Of a stretch of 64,000 bases of DNA, positions 39,031-49,080 are shown one piece after another; position 1 is the first letter of the stretch, and each line of letters opens with the position of its first letter. A program made the position numbers and the translations under genes. The notes under the pieces are model-generated. The model made no database searches. It had not been told where the DNA came from and saw nothing but the letters and a program-made list of their open reading frames with translations. Source of the stretch: Candidatus Hydrogenedentota bacterium (GTDB lineage: Bacteria > Hydrogenedentota > Hydrogenedentia > Hydrogenedentales > SLHB01); contig BTVY01000017.1 of the NCBI GenBank assembly GCA_045863335.1, positions 58,251 to 122,250 of the forward strand, written 5' to 3'.

Positions 39031-40401
39031 GTGAAATCCAGAAACAAACTGACCGTTACCCGCCGGGACTTTCTCGCCACTACGGCAGCGATTACGGCCT
39101 TTTCCATCGTCCCGCGGAGCGCACTGGCCGCGTCGGGCGAGCCAGCGCCAAGCGACAAGCTGAACCTCGGCTGCGTCGGCGTCGGCGGCATGCAGGGACT
39201 CAACGACACGCGCAGCGTCAGCACGGAAAACATCTATGCCTTGTGCGACGTGGATGAGGCCTTCCTCCAACAAGCGGCGGAACTCTTTCCAAAAGCCAAG
39301 TTATACCGCGACTACCGCGAGATGCTCGACAAGGAGCACAAGAATCTCGACGGAATCACCATCACGATCCCCGATCACATGCACGCCGCCGTGGCACTGT
39401 ACGCCATGGAGCGCGGCGTCGCGGTGTATTGCCAGAAACCGCTTACCCAGAGTGTCTGGGAGGCGCGCCTGCTGACGAATGCCGCGAAGAAATACGACGT
39501 CGTCACGCAAATGGGCAACCAAGGATACTCCTCCGAGGCCACGCGGGTCGCGTGCGAGATCATCTGGAGCGGCGAACTCGGCGACATCACGGAGGTTCAC
39601 TCCATGAGCGGCGGCGGCTTCGCCCGCGACATCACCGAATGGCCCGCCGCGGAAGCCGTCCCGGCCACCCTTGACTGGAATCTGTGGTCCGGTCGCGCCG
39701 AGAAGCATCCCTACAGTTCGAAGATCCATCCTTCCAATTGGCGAGGGTTCTTGGAGTACGGCTCCCAGATGATCGGCGACTGGGGCATCCACATGCTTGG
39801 CCCGGCGAACTGGGGCCTTCAACTCGGGAGCCCGGTCAGCGTCGAATGCACCGCAGTGGAAGGGGTGAATCCCGTCACCTTCCCGCACTACGCGTGCAAG
39901 ATGCAGTTTCCGGAACGCCCGAACCAGTACGTCCCCGGCGGCACGATGGGACCCGTCACGGTTCATTGGTACGAAGGAAACATGGCGGGGAAGTTTGCGC
40001 CTCCGGAAGGACTCACCGCCGATGACGTAAACGGCTTCAACGAGATCTTCGTCGGAACCAAGGGGTTCATGGGGACCAAGGGGCGCGGGGAATCCGTAAG
40101 TCTGCTGCCCACCGCAAAGATGCAGGATTATGTTCTGCCGCCGCAGGTCTTGAAGCGATCGCCGGGACACTGCGAGAACTGGATCCGCGCGTGCAAGGGC
40201 GAAGAAGAAACCTGTTCGCCCTTCCAGATCGCGGGACCCTATACCGAGTGGATACTGCTCGGCGCGATCAGTTGGCGATTCCCAAACGAGAAACTCATGT
40301 GGGACGGCGAGAATCTGCGGTTCACCAACAACAAGAAGGCCAACGATTACATCAAACCCCACTTCCGCAGGGGGTGGAAGCTCAAGGACATCAAGGTATA
40401 G
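39031..40401 (+). CDS. Tat-exported Gfo/Idh/MocA oxidoreductase
   Basis: TRRDFL, VGVGGMQG, IPDHMH, VYCQKPLT, TQMGNQG, DWGIH. Confidence 0.9.
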   Translation: MKSRNKLTVTRRDFLATTAAITAFSIVPRSALAASGEPAPSDKLNLGCVGVGGMQGLNDTRSVSTENIYALCDVDEAFLQQAAELFPKAKLYRDYREMLDKEHKNLDGITITIPDHMHAAVALYAMERGVAVYCQKPLTQSVWEARLLTNAAKKYDVVTQMGNQGYSSEATRVACEIIWSGELGDITEVHSMSGGGFARDITEWPAAEAVPATLDWNLWSGRAEKHPYSSKIHPSNWRGFLEYGSQMIGDWGIHMLGPANWGLQLGSPVSVECTAVEGVNPVTFPHYACKMQFPERPNQYVPGGTMGPVTVHWYEGNMAGKFAPPEGLTADDVNGFNEIFVGTKGFMGTKGRGESVSLLPTAKMQDYVLPPQVLKRSPGHCENWIRACKGEEETCSPFQIAGPYTEWILLGAISWRFPNEKLMWDGENLRFTNNKKANDYIKPHFRRGWKLKDIKV

Positions 40402-40493
40402 GCGCTCCAGGAGAAATGTCCGTTTATCCCGGCTATCGCGTTATGGTTGAGCCATAACCGTAGCCGGTCTGAATCGAATCGGGGGAAGGCATC

Positions 40494-41330
40494 ATGCAAT
40501 TGTCTCGTCGCGATTTTCTGATGCAGAGCACAATCGCCGCGTGCGCCTGTATTTCTAGTGCCCACGGCGATGACAGCGCCGCCCTTCCTCCTATTGATCT
40601 CCACGTGCATCTGGATAACAGCACAATCGACGACGTGGTTCGTCTCTCCGAAGAGCGCAACATCAGGTTCGGTATTGTCGAACACGCCGGGACCAAGGAG
40701 AACCAGTATCCCGTAGTGCTCAGCAATGACGCCGAGCTTGAAACCTATCTGACCATGCTCGACGGCAAACCGGTGTACAAGGGCGTTCAAGCCGAGTGGA
40801 TCGATTGGATGGACTGCTTCTCGCGCGACACACTGGCGCGGCTGGATTATGTGCTCACCGATATGATGACCTGGCCCGGCATGGGCGGAAAGCGCCAGAA
40901 GATGTGGGAACCGGGCCTTGATATCGGTGACCCCGCGACATTCATGGACCGCTACGTCGATTGGTACGTCGAGAACATGGAACGCATGCCCATCGACATC
41001 CTCGCCAATGTCTCGTGGCTCCCCGAACCCTTCGCGGCCGACTACGACCGCTTGTGGACCGAAACCCGCGTAGGGCGTGTGGTTGATGTGGCCGTCAAAC
41101 ACGGCATCGCCATCGAAATCAGTTCGGGCTTCAACCTGCCCAAACGCCCCTGGCTCGAACAGGCCAAGGCCGTCGGCCTCAAATTCTCCTTCGGCTCCAA
41201 CGGCCGGTATCCAAACATGGGCCTGCTCGACTACTCCCTAGCCACGGCCCGCGAACTCGGGTTGACCGAGGCCGACCTATTCACACCCGCGCCCGACGGG
41301 CAGAAGGCCGTGCAGCGCTGGATAGCGTGA
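40494..41330 (+). CDS. Tat-exported PHP-like metallohydrolase
   Basis: SRRDFL; DLHVH, GIVEH, IAIEIS, FSFGSN. Confidence 0.7.
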   Translation: MQLSRRDFLMQSTIAACACISSAHGDDSAALPPIDLHVHLDNSTIDDVVRLSEERNIRFGIVEHAGTKENQYPVVLSNDAELETYLTMLDGKPVYKGVQAEWIDWMDCFSRDTLARLDYVLTDMMTWPGMGGKRQKMWEPGLDIGDPATFMDRYVDWYVENMERMPIDILANVSWLPEPFAADYDRLWTETRVGRVVDVAVKHGIAIEISSGFNLPKRPWLEQAKAVGLKFSFGSNGRYPNMGLLDYSLATARELGLTEADLFTPAPDGQKAVQRWIA

Positions 41331-41425
41331 GGACTGCGCAGGCACGCTTTCGGCGCTCGTCGAGTACTCGGTGATCCCGTACAATTAGAAACGGTCGGTG
41401 TAATCAGTGATGGGAGAGATCGTCC

Positions 41426-41596
41426 ATGAACTGGCGAGTTGTCGTCGAGTTGGATTCAGAAACTGGCGAATACGCCGTGTGGTGTCCGGAACTGCCCGGC
41501 TGCGTTTCGGCGGGCATTACCGAAGACGAAGCCATGGCAAACATCTGCGAAGCAATTGAGCTGTATCTCGCACCGCACTCCCTTCGCTCGTCTTAA
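41426..41596 (+). CDS. hicB: HicB-like antitoxin (56 aa, orphan, possibly truncated; not in ORF track)
   Basis: Hand translation MNWRVVVELDSETGEYAVWCPELPGCVSAGITEDEAMANICEAIELYLAPHSLRSS*; GGAGAG RBS. Confidence 0.75.
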   Translation: MNWRVVVELDSETGEYAVWCPELPGCVSAGITEDEAMANICEAIELYLAPHSLRSS

Positions 41597-41599
41597 TCG

Positions 41600-43135
41600 C
41601 TACTCCCCCCGCTCGCTCTCCGGAATGTGAATCAACATGATCGCATTGTGCTTGAACAACGAGGTACGTGCTTCCCCGAAGGCCGCTTCCTCGTCGAAGT
41701 AGCCCCCGTTCCAGATAATGAAGAGTCGTTCGCCGGCGTCGTCAAGCTTGATCGCGAAAGTCCCGCTGGGCACGTAGCCGTATTTCTCCCAATAATACCG
41801 CGCGACGAAGGCCAGCACCTTCCGCTTTCCGGTCTGCAGGTCGTACTGCATGATGGGAGAGCCGTCGCGGCAACCGTGGCCATGAGCGCCGGGCACGTAG
41901 TAGAGGTAGCGCCCGCCGGGACTGCGCTCGATGGAGGTCGTGTACCGCTCTTCCCCCGGCCAGCCGTAGCCGAGATCGCTTACCTTCACCGCGTCGGGAT
42001 CAAAGGAAAACAACTGGCCGTTGCTCGTGATGCCATGGAGCAGTCCATCCGCGCCACGCTTCGGCGTGCACCCGCGCATGACCGCGATTGTGTGGTCCTC
42101 GCCGATTTCGTCGGCCGGCATGGGCGCATCGAGAAGTTCAAAACGGTTCTTCGTATAGTCGTATTTGATAAGGTTGCATTCGGGATCGGAAGGGTCCTGG
42201 TTGGACGTGTAAAGCATGCCGGTTGCGTCGTCGATCATCATGACGCGGTTCGACCACTTCAGCTCTTCCGGCAACTGCCCCGCATAGATGGGCCGCCGCG
42301 CGTCCACGTCGTAGGACAGAAAGTTTGGCCAGTACCCCGCCGCGTAAATCATGCGTCGGTTCACGTCGAGCCGCGCGGATGGCCACGACGCGCGCGGCAT
42401 GGGCACACCGTAGTCCACGAACTCCTGGGTCTCCACGTTGTACGACATCACGTGGCCGCCCAGATACCCCGTGTCCCAATCCTCCGGTTTCGGTTCGGGG
42501 TACTTCGACCAGTACGTGCAGAACCACAGGTTGGGTCCGTCCATGAACTCGAGGTTGCCGTGAATCTTTCCTTCGCCGAAAACCTCGTCGGAACGCCCGA
42601 GCACTTCATTGACCTCCGGCGACATGGTCATGGTCTTCGTCGCGGGATCGTACTCGACGATGTAGAGGTGCGCGTTGTAGCTGCCGTTGTCGCCGATGGA
42701 GCAGTAGAACTTGTCCGTCACCGGGTAGTACGCGGACTGCCCCCAGTTTGCCCACATGGCGCGGTGATGATCGTCCAGCGGTTCGGGAAACCAGTGCGGC
42801 GTCGCCGGGATCACGCCGAACTCGATCTCCGGCGGCGTCGTTGCGACGACGTACTTCGAGCCGTTGTGCATCGCGACGCGTTCCACCGGTTGAAGCATAT
42901 CGTCACTCTTGTCAATGACCACCTTCCCTGTATAGAGCAAGTCGTGGGTGTCCAGCTTCTCCGCCAGTTCCTTGGCCGCGGCCTCCTCGGGACCCAGTTC
43001 CGCGGGGTCCGGTTTGGGCGTGTAGGTTGCCTGGATGCGTTCGGGCCAGAGAACGGCCTTCTCCTCTGCAGAAGCGGTAGCCGGAAACAGATAGACGAGC
43101 GAGCCAATGAGGATGAAACAGAAGTACTTGCGCAT
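41600..43135 (-). CDS. Secreted hypothetical beta-propeller protein
   Basis: AAGGAGG RBS, signal peptide, repeated YD/FD-x-x-T beta-strand motifs, GEGKIHG. Confidence 0.7.
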   Translation of the reverse strand: MRKYFCFILIGSLVYLFPATASAEEKAVLWPERIQATYTPKPDPAELGPEEAAAKELAEKLDTHDLLYTGKVVIDKSDDMLQPVERVAMHNGSKYVVATTPPEIEFGVIPATPHWFPEPLDDHHRAMWANWGQSAYYPVTDKFYCSIGDNGSYNAHLYIVEYDPATKTMTMSPEVNEVLGRSDEVFGEGKIHGNLEFMDGPNLWFCTYWSKYPEPKPEDWDTGYLGGHVMSYNVETQEFVDYGVPMPRASWPSARLDVNRRMIYAAGYWPNFLSYDVDARRPIYAGQLPEELKWSNRVMMIDDATGMLYTSNQDPSDPECNLIKYDYTKNRFELLDAPMPADEIGEDHTIAVMRGCTPKRGADGLLHGITSNGQLFSFDPDAVKVSDLGYGWPGEERYTTSIERSPGGRYLYYVPGAHGHGCRDGSPIMQYDLQTGKRKVLAFVARYYWEKYGYVPSGTFAIKLDDAGERLFIIWNGGYFDEEAAFGEARTSLFKHNAIMLIHIPESERGE

Positions 43136-43306
43136 GGCGATCCCTCCTTCCGATCGGGTGGCACCGTATCAAGTGGAGTTATAGTGCCCTCGCGAACGGC
43201 CCCGTGTCCATTGCGCCGTCCCCTGGATTCGTTCTATGCTGATCGGAACGCGCCAAAGCTGCAAGCGCAAGGTGTCAGCAACCAGTCGAGTGTGGAGGGT
43301 TCAACC

Positions 43307-44710
43307 ATGTCGGGTAATGGCAATTCCAATCCGTCCGTACCGCCAACCACGCGGTATCCGGTCGTTTCGTTTGATGAAAGCCGCGAGGCGGCCGCCGAAC
43401 GGCGTCGCGCCTTTCCCTACCGGTTCCCCCGCGACCGGCGGAACATGGGCGGCCGGTTCACCGTGGAGGAAAACGCCCGTCGCCTGCTTCGGTTCTTCTA
43501 CTTCGAGCGGCGGCTTGCGCAGGCGCTCGGCTCGTGGACCCTTGCGATCCCGGAATTCGAGGTCAAACTCGAAACCGGCCGCCACATCTTCTATCACGCC
43601 GACGCCGCGAACACGCTCCGCACGCGTCTGACCGAACAGGAGAAGAGCCTCAAGACCATCGATGCCTTCCGCAACGACGACATCGACCGCTTCATCGACG
43701 AGATGCTTTCCGCGGCGGATACGCCGGAGCTGCTGGTGGGCGTGCATCAAGTTGCGGGCCGCGCCCTGACGATTGCCTATCGCCACCACATCGACAACAC
43801 CGACAGCATTACGGATGCCCCGACGATTCGTGCCATGCAGCGGGTGCTCCTCGACTACGAACCCATGCTCGAATGGGCCGAACAAGCGATCGCCGCGTAC
43901 ATCGATGGCGGTATCCCCGAAAGCCGCCTGACCGCGTGGCGCTGGCACTTGCAGCAACTGCTCACGAGTATAGGCGGGATCACCGGCGCCGACGCGCCTA
44001 CCGCGCCGCCCTCCAAACTGCGCATCGACGACAAGCCCTACGAACGCAATACCGTGCCGCAACGGGATTCCCGGTTTACCACCTTCCACCATACCGGCGA
44101 CTACGACGTGGCCGACGGGAAGGAACGTTTTCCCAAAGACGCCTACGAAAACATGCGCCTGCGCTTCATCCGCACCCAGCGCGATGAGGTCGATGCCATA
44201 GAGGCCTTCGGCACCTTCCTCTGGGATATCCGCTTCCTGGATTTTAAGGCCGAGTACGATCTCGCGCGGATAACCTGGGACGAGGCGCGCCACACGGAGA
44301 TCGGCCATCGCGCCATGATGGCTTCCGGCTACGATCCCTACGAACTGCCGAACCGCCTGACCGGTTCCACCTGCCGCGGGCCTATGGAACCTGCCTTCGC
44401 CATGGCCGAGATCAACCTCTTCGGTGAAGTCGGCGTGCTCAAGACCATCAACAGTCTCATCGACAAGGCCCGTGAAGAGAACGACACCGTACTCGCCCAC
44501 ATCGCCGACTTCATCCGTTCCGACGAACGGACCCACGTGAAGAAAGGACAGCACATCCTGCGCTGCATGACCGACCTCGGCAGCCAGGAACTCGAACTAC
44601 GCACCCGCGAACTGTTCACCGAATGCCTCGTCAGCCTAGGCGCCATCACCAACGACATGGACCTGTTCACCATTTCCCGTGAGGATCTGGAGCACCTGGT
44701 CGGGGAGTAG
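43307..44710 (+). CDS. Ferritin-like di-iron protein (DUF455-like), 467 aa
   Basis: GGAGG RBS before ATG43307; C-terminal half has E...WDEARH...E...SDERTH carboxylate/His pattern. The 1027-aa track ORF is a 5' over-extension. Confidence 0.72.
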   Translation: MSGNGNSNPSVPPTTRYPVVSFDESREAAAERRRAFPYRFPRDRRNMGGRFTVEENARRLLRFFYFERRLAQALGSWTLAIPEFEVKLETGRHIFYHADAANTLRTRLTEQEKSLKTIDAFRNDDIDRFIDEMLSAADTPELLVGVHQVAGRALTIAYRHHIDNTDSITDAPTIRAMQRVLLDYEPMLEWAEQAIAAYIDGGIPESRLTAWRWHLQQLLTSIGGITGADAPTAPPSKLRIDDKPYERNTVPQRDSRFTTFHHTGDYDVADGKERFPKDAYENMRLRFIRTQRDEVDAIEAFGTFLWDIRFLDFKAEYDLARITWDEARHTEIGHRAMMASGYDPYELPNRLTGSTCRGPMEPAFAMAEINLFGEVGVLKTINSLIDKAREENDTVLAHIADFIRSDERTHVKKGQHILRCMTDLGSQELELRTRELFTECLVSLGAITNDMDLFTISREDLEHLVGE

Positions 44711-44734
44711 CGTTCCATGGGCCAGAAGAACGCA

Positions 44735-44892
44735 GAATAGGACTTATCGGACGAATACGACCAATAGGACAAGTCTTTGACCAACCAAAATGGGCAAACC
44801 CCGCCTAGTACCTGCGCGGAAGCTGATTGCGCAGCCCATGAAAAAATGTCCTATTCGTCCCATTCGTCCTATAGGTCCTATAGGTCCTATCG
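44735..44892. repeat. Inverted 9-bp tandem-array element, copy A
   Basis: 4 x (NNATAGGAC)-like units, 77-nt spacer, 5 x (GTCCTATNN) units in the opposite orientation. Confidence 0.85.
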
Positions 44893-44936
44893 CATGTCCC
44901 CTGCCGCTCCCCCAATCTCGATCGTCAAAGTGAAAG

Positions 44937-44966
44937 TTGCATCTCCCGACATCCAAATGCTAACAT
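44937..44966 (+). promoter_or_regulatory. Putative tRNA promoter
   Basis: TTGCAT-18 nt-TAACAT with TGn extension, upstream of tRNA-Arg. Confidence 0.45.
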
Positions 44967-44993
44967 TCCTCTCCGCAGCCGACCTGCAAATGC

Positions 44994-45070
44994 GTACCCG
45001 TAGCTCAATTGGATAGAGTGCTTGGCTACGGACCAAGAGGTTGGGGGTTCGAGTCCCTCCGGGTACGCCA
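44994..45070 (+). tRNA. tRNA-Arg (anticodon ACG)
   Basis: GTACCCG/CGGGTAC acceptor stem, TAGCTCAATTGGATAGAG D-arm, CTTGG-CTACGGA-CCAAG anticodon arm, GGTTCGAGTCC T-arm, encoded CCA. Confidence 0.95.
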
Positions 45071-45136
45071 TTTATCTTATCTTCCCGCTTTGTGTCGTGG
45101 CAGGGAGCGGTGTGTCTGGCGGCGGATAGGCGAAGG

Positions 45137-46621
45137 TTAGTTCGCGCCCGTGGGCGACAGCACCGATACGTTTCCGCTTTGGTCTCCCGTGATTTTCAGG
45201 TAGGTTTCGGAAGTTGCGGGATCGGGGAACGCTTCCACGACTACATGCCGAGCGTTTTCGAAATGCACGACAGGCGTCTGGTTGTCAGCAGGTCGGAATC
45301 GAACTCCGCGTACGACCGCGTCCGAGACGTTGTCACAATAGAGGGCGGCTCTGGGGAAGACACCGTGCACACTGTCACCTGCGAGGATCTTGAGATTGTC
45401 CACGGTGAGGGCGTCCACATTCGCGATTGCGAAGTAGGCGGGTTTGCGGACGTACTCGGTGTCGCGCTGGTTGCTGAGGCTCCGGTTGCCGCCGACTTTC
45501 TTCTTGCGCTCGCTGAAGTCCATCGTTCCATTCACCCGCACGGTCACGTCCCGCAGAGTCAGGTTCTCGATGGCGCCCTCCGGCATGCCCTGAATGACCG
45601 AACTCCCCACAGTCTGGATGTCCAGATTGCTGAACGTCACATCGCGAATTATCCCGACGGGCGAGTCCGCATGCCGTTTCTCGATGTCCATGAAGATGGG
45701 GAATACGTTGTTGCGCGCGTAGGCGATCTCTTCAGGATTCGCCGTCTCGATGGTGATGTTGTCGAAGGACACGCGCTCCATGGTCCCGCCGTCTTTCATG
45801 AAGAACCCAATGCCGACGGGCGAATTCCGGATGACACAGTTTGAGAATCGAATATCGCGGAAGTCGCCCACGGATTCTGTGCCGAGCTTCAAGGCCGTCG
45901 CGATTGTCTCTAACGTGCAGTTCGTAACCACGATGTTCTCGCAGGGTGCGTCTTCCGTCGCTTTCAACACGATGCAATCGTCGCCCGCGACGATGTGGCA
46001 GTTCGAGATGTGCACATTGCGGCAGGAATTGGGATCGATGCCGTCGGAGTTGGTGCGGAAATAATTGTTGCGAATCGTCACGCCGTCGATAAACACGGTA
46101 TCACAACGCTGGAGATGCAGCGTCCACGAATCGCTGTACAGTATAGTCACCTCGCGGATATGGACGTTCCGGCAGTTGCGAAACAGCAGGATGCGCGTGC
46201 GGAACTCCGGCCACGGTTCCTCGATGGGCGGTTTCCGGCGCAGATCCTCGGTGGCCTGACCGTGAATCCTGCCGGCGCCGCAGACGACAATGTTCTCCGC
46301 GTCTTCCGCGAAGAGCAGTTCGCTCCGGTTTTCCGGGTAGTCGGCCTTGTCGCGGCTCGCGTAAAGCGTGGCGCCGTTCTCGAGGAAAATCGTGACGTTG
46401 CTGCGAACCGTGAGCGCGCCCGACAGATATGCGCCGCGAGGGAAGAACACCGTGCCGCCGCCCGCCGCATAGGCGGCATCAATAGCAGCCTGTATCGATG
46501 CGGTGTCCTTCGTTGTCCTGTCTCCGATCGCGCCGTAATCGCGGATGTTGAACGCAACGGCCGCCGTCCCAAACGCGGGACCGGCGGCCAGCATGAATGC
46601 TACGAGCGTAAGAAGTCGCAT
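45137..46621 (-). CDS. GH28 (polygalacturonase-like) beta-helix glycoside hydrolase
   Basis: YGAIGD...DTASIQAAID, NSDGIDP, GDDCIVLK, LKLGTES. Confidence 0.88.
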   Translation of the reverse strand: MRLLTLVAFMLAAGPAFGTAAVAFNIRDYGAIGDRTTKDTASIQAAIDAAYAAGGGTVFFPRGAYLSGALTVRSNVTIFLENGATLYASRDKADYPENRSELLFAEDAENIVVCGAGRIHGQATEDLRRKPPIEEPWPEFRTRILLFRNCRNVHIREVTILYSDSWTLHLQRCDTVFIDGVTIRNNYFRTNSDGIDPNSCRNVHISNCHIVAGDDCIVLKATEDAPCENIVVTNCTLETIATALKLGTESVGDFRDIRFSNCVIRNSPVGIGFFMKDGGTMERVSFDNITIETANPEEIAYARNNVFPIFMDIEKRHADSPVGIIRDVTFSNLDIQTVGSSVIQGMPEGAIENLTLRDVTVRVNGTMDFSERKKKVGGNRSLSNQRDTEYVRKPAYFAIANVDALTVDNLKILAGDSVHGVFPRAALYCDNVSDAVVRGVRFRPADNQTPVVHFENARHVVVEAFPDPATSETYLKITGDQSGNVSVLSPTGAN

Positions 46622-46630
46622 GATCGCCGT

Positions 46631-47641
46631 CTACGGCATGCCGCCGGCTTTCTCGATCACTTCCGCAATCGTCACGGGCGCGCCGTCGCGGCGTTTGCTC
46701 TCGTCGGCCGCCTCCATGAACGCGAAGATCTCGATCGTCTCCTCCGGCTCAATCGGGACCACGCCGGTCTGGAAGAACTTCACAATCTCCACAACCAGTG
46801 GCGCATAGTCGCCACCGCCTTCCTGTTCGGCGACCGCGTCCGTTCCGAAGAGAATGACTTTGTGAGGCGTAGCCTGGTTGCGCAAGCCGCGCAGCGTGCC
46901 AACCCGGCCGCCAGACCAGATGCCCGTGACGACATCGGTGTCCGGGGTGGAGGTGCGCACGACGCTTTCGCAACCCGTGCCAAGGGCGGTAAACAGTGCT
47001 TCCGTGGGGTGCACGCCGTACCAGAAAAGGTCCGGGTGGTGCTCCTCGAGGTGGGCGGGCCCGAAGGAAATGGCGCCCTTAATCTCGCCCACATTCTGTT
47101 GCATGAGCGCGGTCATGCTTTCGTAGTAGCGATACGACGAGGAACTGAACCACGGCACATTGTGCTCCTTGCCGAGCTTGTAGATCTGAATGGCGTCGGC
47201 AAGCGAACCGGCTACCGGCTTATCGATAAACACCGGCTTGCCCGCGGCAAACACCGGCTTCACTTGCTCCAGGTGCGGGCGTCCATCGACGCTTTCCAGC
47301 AGCACCGCGTCAACCAGCGTGCACAATTCCTCGATGGTCGGCACGATCGTCACGCCGAACTCGTCCTGCAATTGCTGGGTGTACCCGTCAACGCGCGAGT
47401 AACTGGACTCGATATCGTCGCTGCCACCCTTGTACGCGGCCACCACCTTCGCGCCGGGCACATGCTTCGGATCGTCCGCATTGTTCAATAGTTTGGTGAA
47501 AGCAATGACGTGGGACGTGTCGAGTCCGATGATCCCGACGCGAATATCCTCGCCGTTCGCGCCGGATGAGAAAGCCGCAGTTGCCATAACGAGAAGTCCT
47601 ACCTTAGCCATGGTTCCAATTCGAGCGATCATGTATCTCAC
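46631..47641 (-). CDS. Gfo/Idh/MocA oxidoreductase
   Basis: VGIIGLDTSH, ESVDGRPH, FIDKPVA, WYGVH. Confidence 0.85.
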   Translation of the reverse strand: MRYMIARIGTMAKVGLLVMATAAFSSGANGEDIRVGIIGLDTSHVIAFTKLLNNADDPKHVPGAKVVAAYKGGSDDIESSYSRVDGYTQQLQDEFGVTIVPTIEELCTLVDAVLLESVDGRPHLEQVKPVFAAGKPVFIDKPVAGSLADAIQIYKLGKEHNVPWFSSSSYRYYESMTALMQQNVGEIKGAISFGPAHLEEHHPDLFWYGVHPTEALFTALGTGCESVVRTSTPDTDVVTGIWSGGRVGTLRGLRNQATPHKVILFGTDAVAEQEGGGDYAPLVVEIVKFFQTGVVPIEPEETIEIFAFMEAADESKRRDGAPVTIAEVIEKAGGMP

Positions 47642-47680
47642 CTCTATTCCGTATGTTCTGTATGCTGATGACGGTCCGCG

Positions 47681-48895
47681 TCATCCGGCGTACATTTTCC
47701 GTTCAATTTGGTCGTATTTCATTCGCTGCCCCGACTCCAATGCGGCCGCGGCCATAATCGTGGCCACCGAGTGCTGATGCCCATACGCGATGTCCGCAAT
47801 GGGCAACTCGCGCGAGCGCATGCATTCCAGCCAGTTCGCCATGTGGTCGCTGTCCGGCGGCATGTCGAGCTTGCCTTCACCGATGGCCTTACCTTCCTCG
47901 CCGCCCACGCCCGAGTAGGTGTTGGCTTCGAGGTCGAGCGTGCCGTAACGGCCGTGAACGGTATAGTGCGTCCCCGCCGAATTCGTCAAGCTCATAGACC
48001 AGTTGAAGAGGTAGCCCTCAGGATAGGCGAGCAACGCGTGAAACACGTCCGTATGCTCGCGCCCGTCTTTCCACACGTAGAGTCCGCCATGCGCCACCGC
48101 GCTGTCCGGATACGTCGATCCCATGACCATGTGGGCTGCGTCAATCAGATGGGCCATCCACAACCCGGAAATGCCGTTCGTGCACATGCGGTACAGGTGC
48201 CAGCGGCGCAACAGCTTCGGGTCAAAGGGAACCATGGGCCGGTTGAACAGGTAGGCCTCCCAATCCACGTCCTCCTCTTTGCAGTCGTCAAAGTCGCGCG
48301 CCCAGCGGGCATGATTGAAATGGTTCCCCGCGGAGATCCGGCTCACGTGGCCGAGTTTACCGGAAGCGATGAAGTCGTGCGCGGCACTCCAGCGGCCTTC
48401 ACTGCGGCGCTGCGTGCCCACCTGCACGATGCGTTCATTCTGCCGCGCCAGATCGACGGCCTCGTTGGCGTTCTCAATGGAAAGGGCCATGGGCTTTTCG
48501 ACGTAGACGTCCTTCCCGGCTTTCAAGGCTTCGATCATGATGGGCGTATGCCCGAAGTCGGGTGTGGCGATGACCACCGCGTCGATATCGTCCCGCACCA
48601 GCACCTCGCCGAAGCGGGAAGTTTCGAAAGGCCGCGCCCCGAAGGTCTTCTCGATGATCGCGGCAGCGGATTCCCGGTTGGGCCGCCATACATCGCACAC
48701 CGCGCTGACTTCGACGTTGTGCGACTCGCGCAACCGCGCCAGGCTCTCCATGTGCGCCCGGCAGCGGCTCCCGGTTCCGATAAGGCCAATCCGGATCCGC
48801 TCGTTAGGACCCGCCGCCTGGCTCATCATGCTCGCGCCCAGCGCAAGCCCGGACGTGGCGAGAAAGCCGCGTCGTGACAATGATTCGTATGCCAT
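47681..48895 (-). CDS. Tat-exported Gfo/Idh/MocA oxidoreductase
   Basis: SRRGFL, IGTGSR, IATPDFGH, DVYVEKPM, QVGTQRRS. Confidence 0.9.
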   Translation of the reverse strand: MAYESLSRRGFLATSGLALGASMMSQAAGPNERIRIGLIGTGSRCRAHMESLARLRESHNVEVSAVCDVWRPNRESAAAIIEKTFGARPFETSRFGEVLVRDDIDAVVIATPDFGHTPIMIEALKAGKDVYVEKPMALSIENANEAVDLARQNERIVQVGTQRRSEGRWSAAHDFIASGKLGHVSRISAGNHFNHARWARDFDDCKEEDVDWEAYLFNRPMVPFDPKLLRRWHLYRMCTNGISGLWMAHLIDAAHMVMGSTYPDSAVAHGGLYVWKDGREHTDVFHALLAYPEGYLFNWSMSLTNSAGTHYTVHGRYGTLDLEANTYSGVGGEEGKAIGEGKLDMPPDSDHMANWLECMRSRELPIADIAYGHQHSVATIMAAAALESGQRMKYDQIERKMYAG

Positions 48896-49080
48896 TTCCT
48901 TTTCCCCCTTCTCAAACGCGGGGTTCCAATTGCGCCGGCCCCGCAAGGTTTCACGCCCGAAGGATGCGTCCAGCCATCATACGCTACTTTTGAGCCGGGT
49001 GTCACACGAAGCCGGGCTTCCGAGGGACGGCTCGATTGCGGGCGCCATATTGATTAGGATTACTGGGAGGAGGGGGAGCA

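Noticed and set aside
41627-43306. N-terminal ~560 aa of the 1027-aa track ORF, suggesting a giant fusion or overlapping gene
   Set aside because: It is the stop-free antisense shadow of 41600..43135(-), common in GC-rich DNA. A good RBS and ATG at 43307 mark the real start.
44735-44892. CRISPR array, or small peptides with IGPIGPIG / SYRSYRSY repeats (ORFs 44744..44956 and 44777..45016)
   Set aside because: Units are 9 bp, contiguous and inverted, with no cas genes. The peptide repeats are just translations of the DNA repeat.
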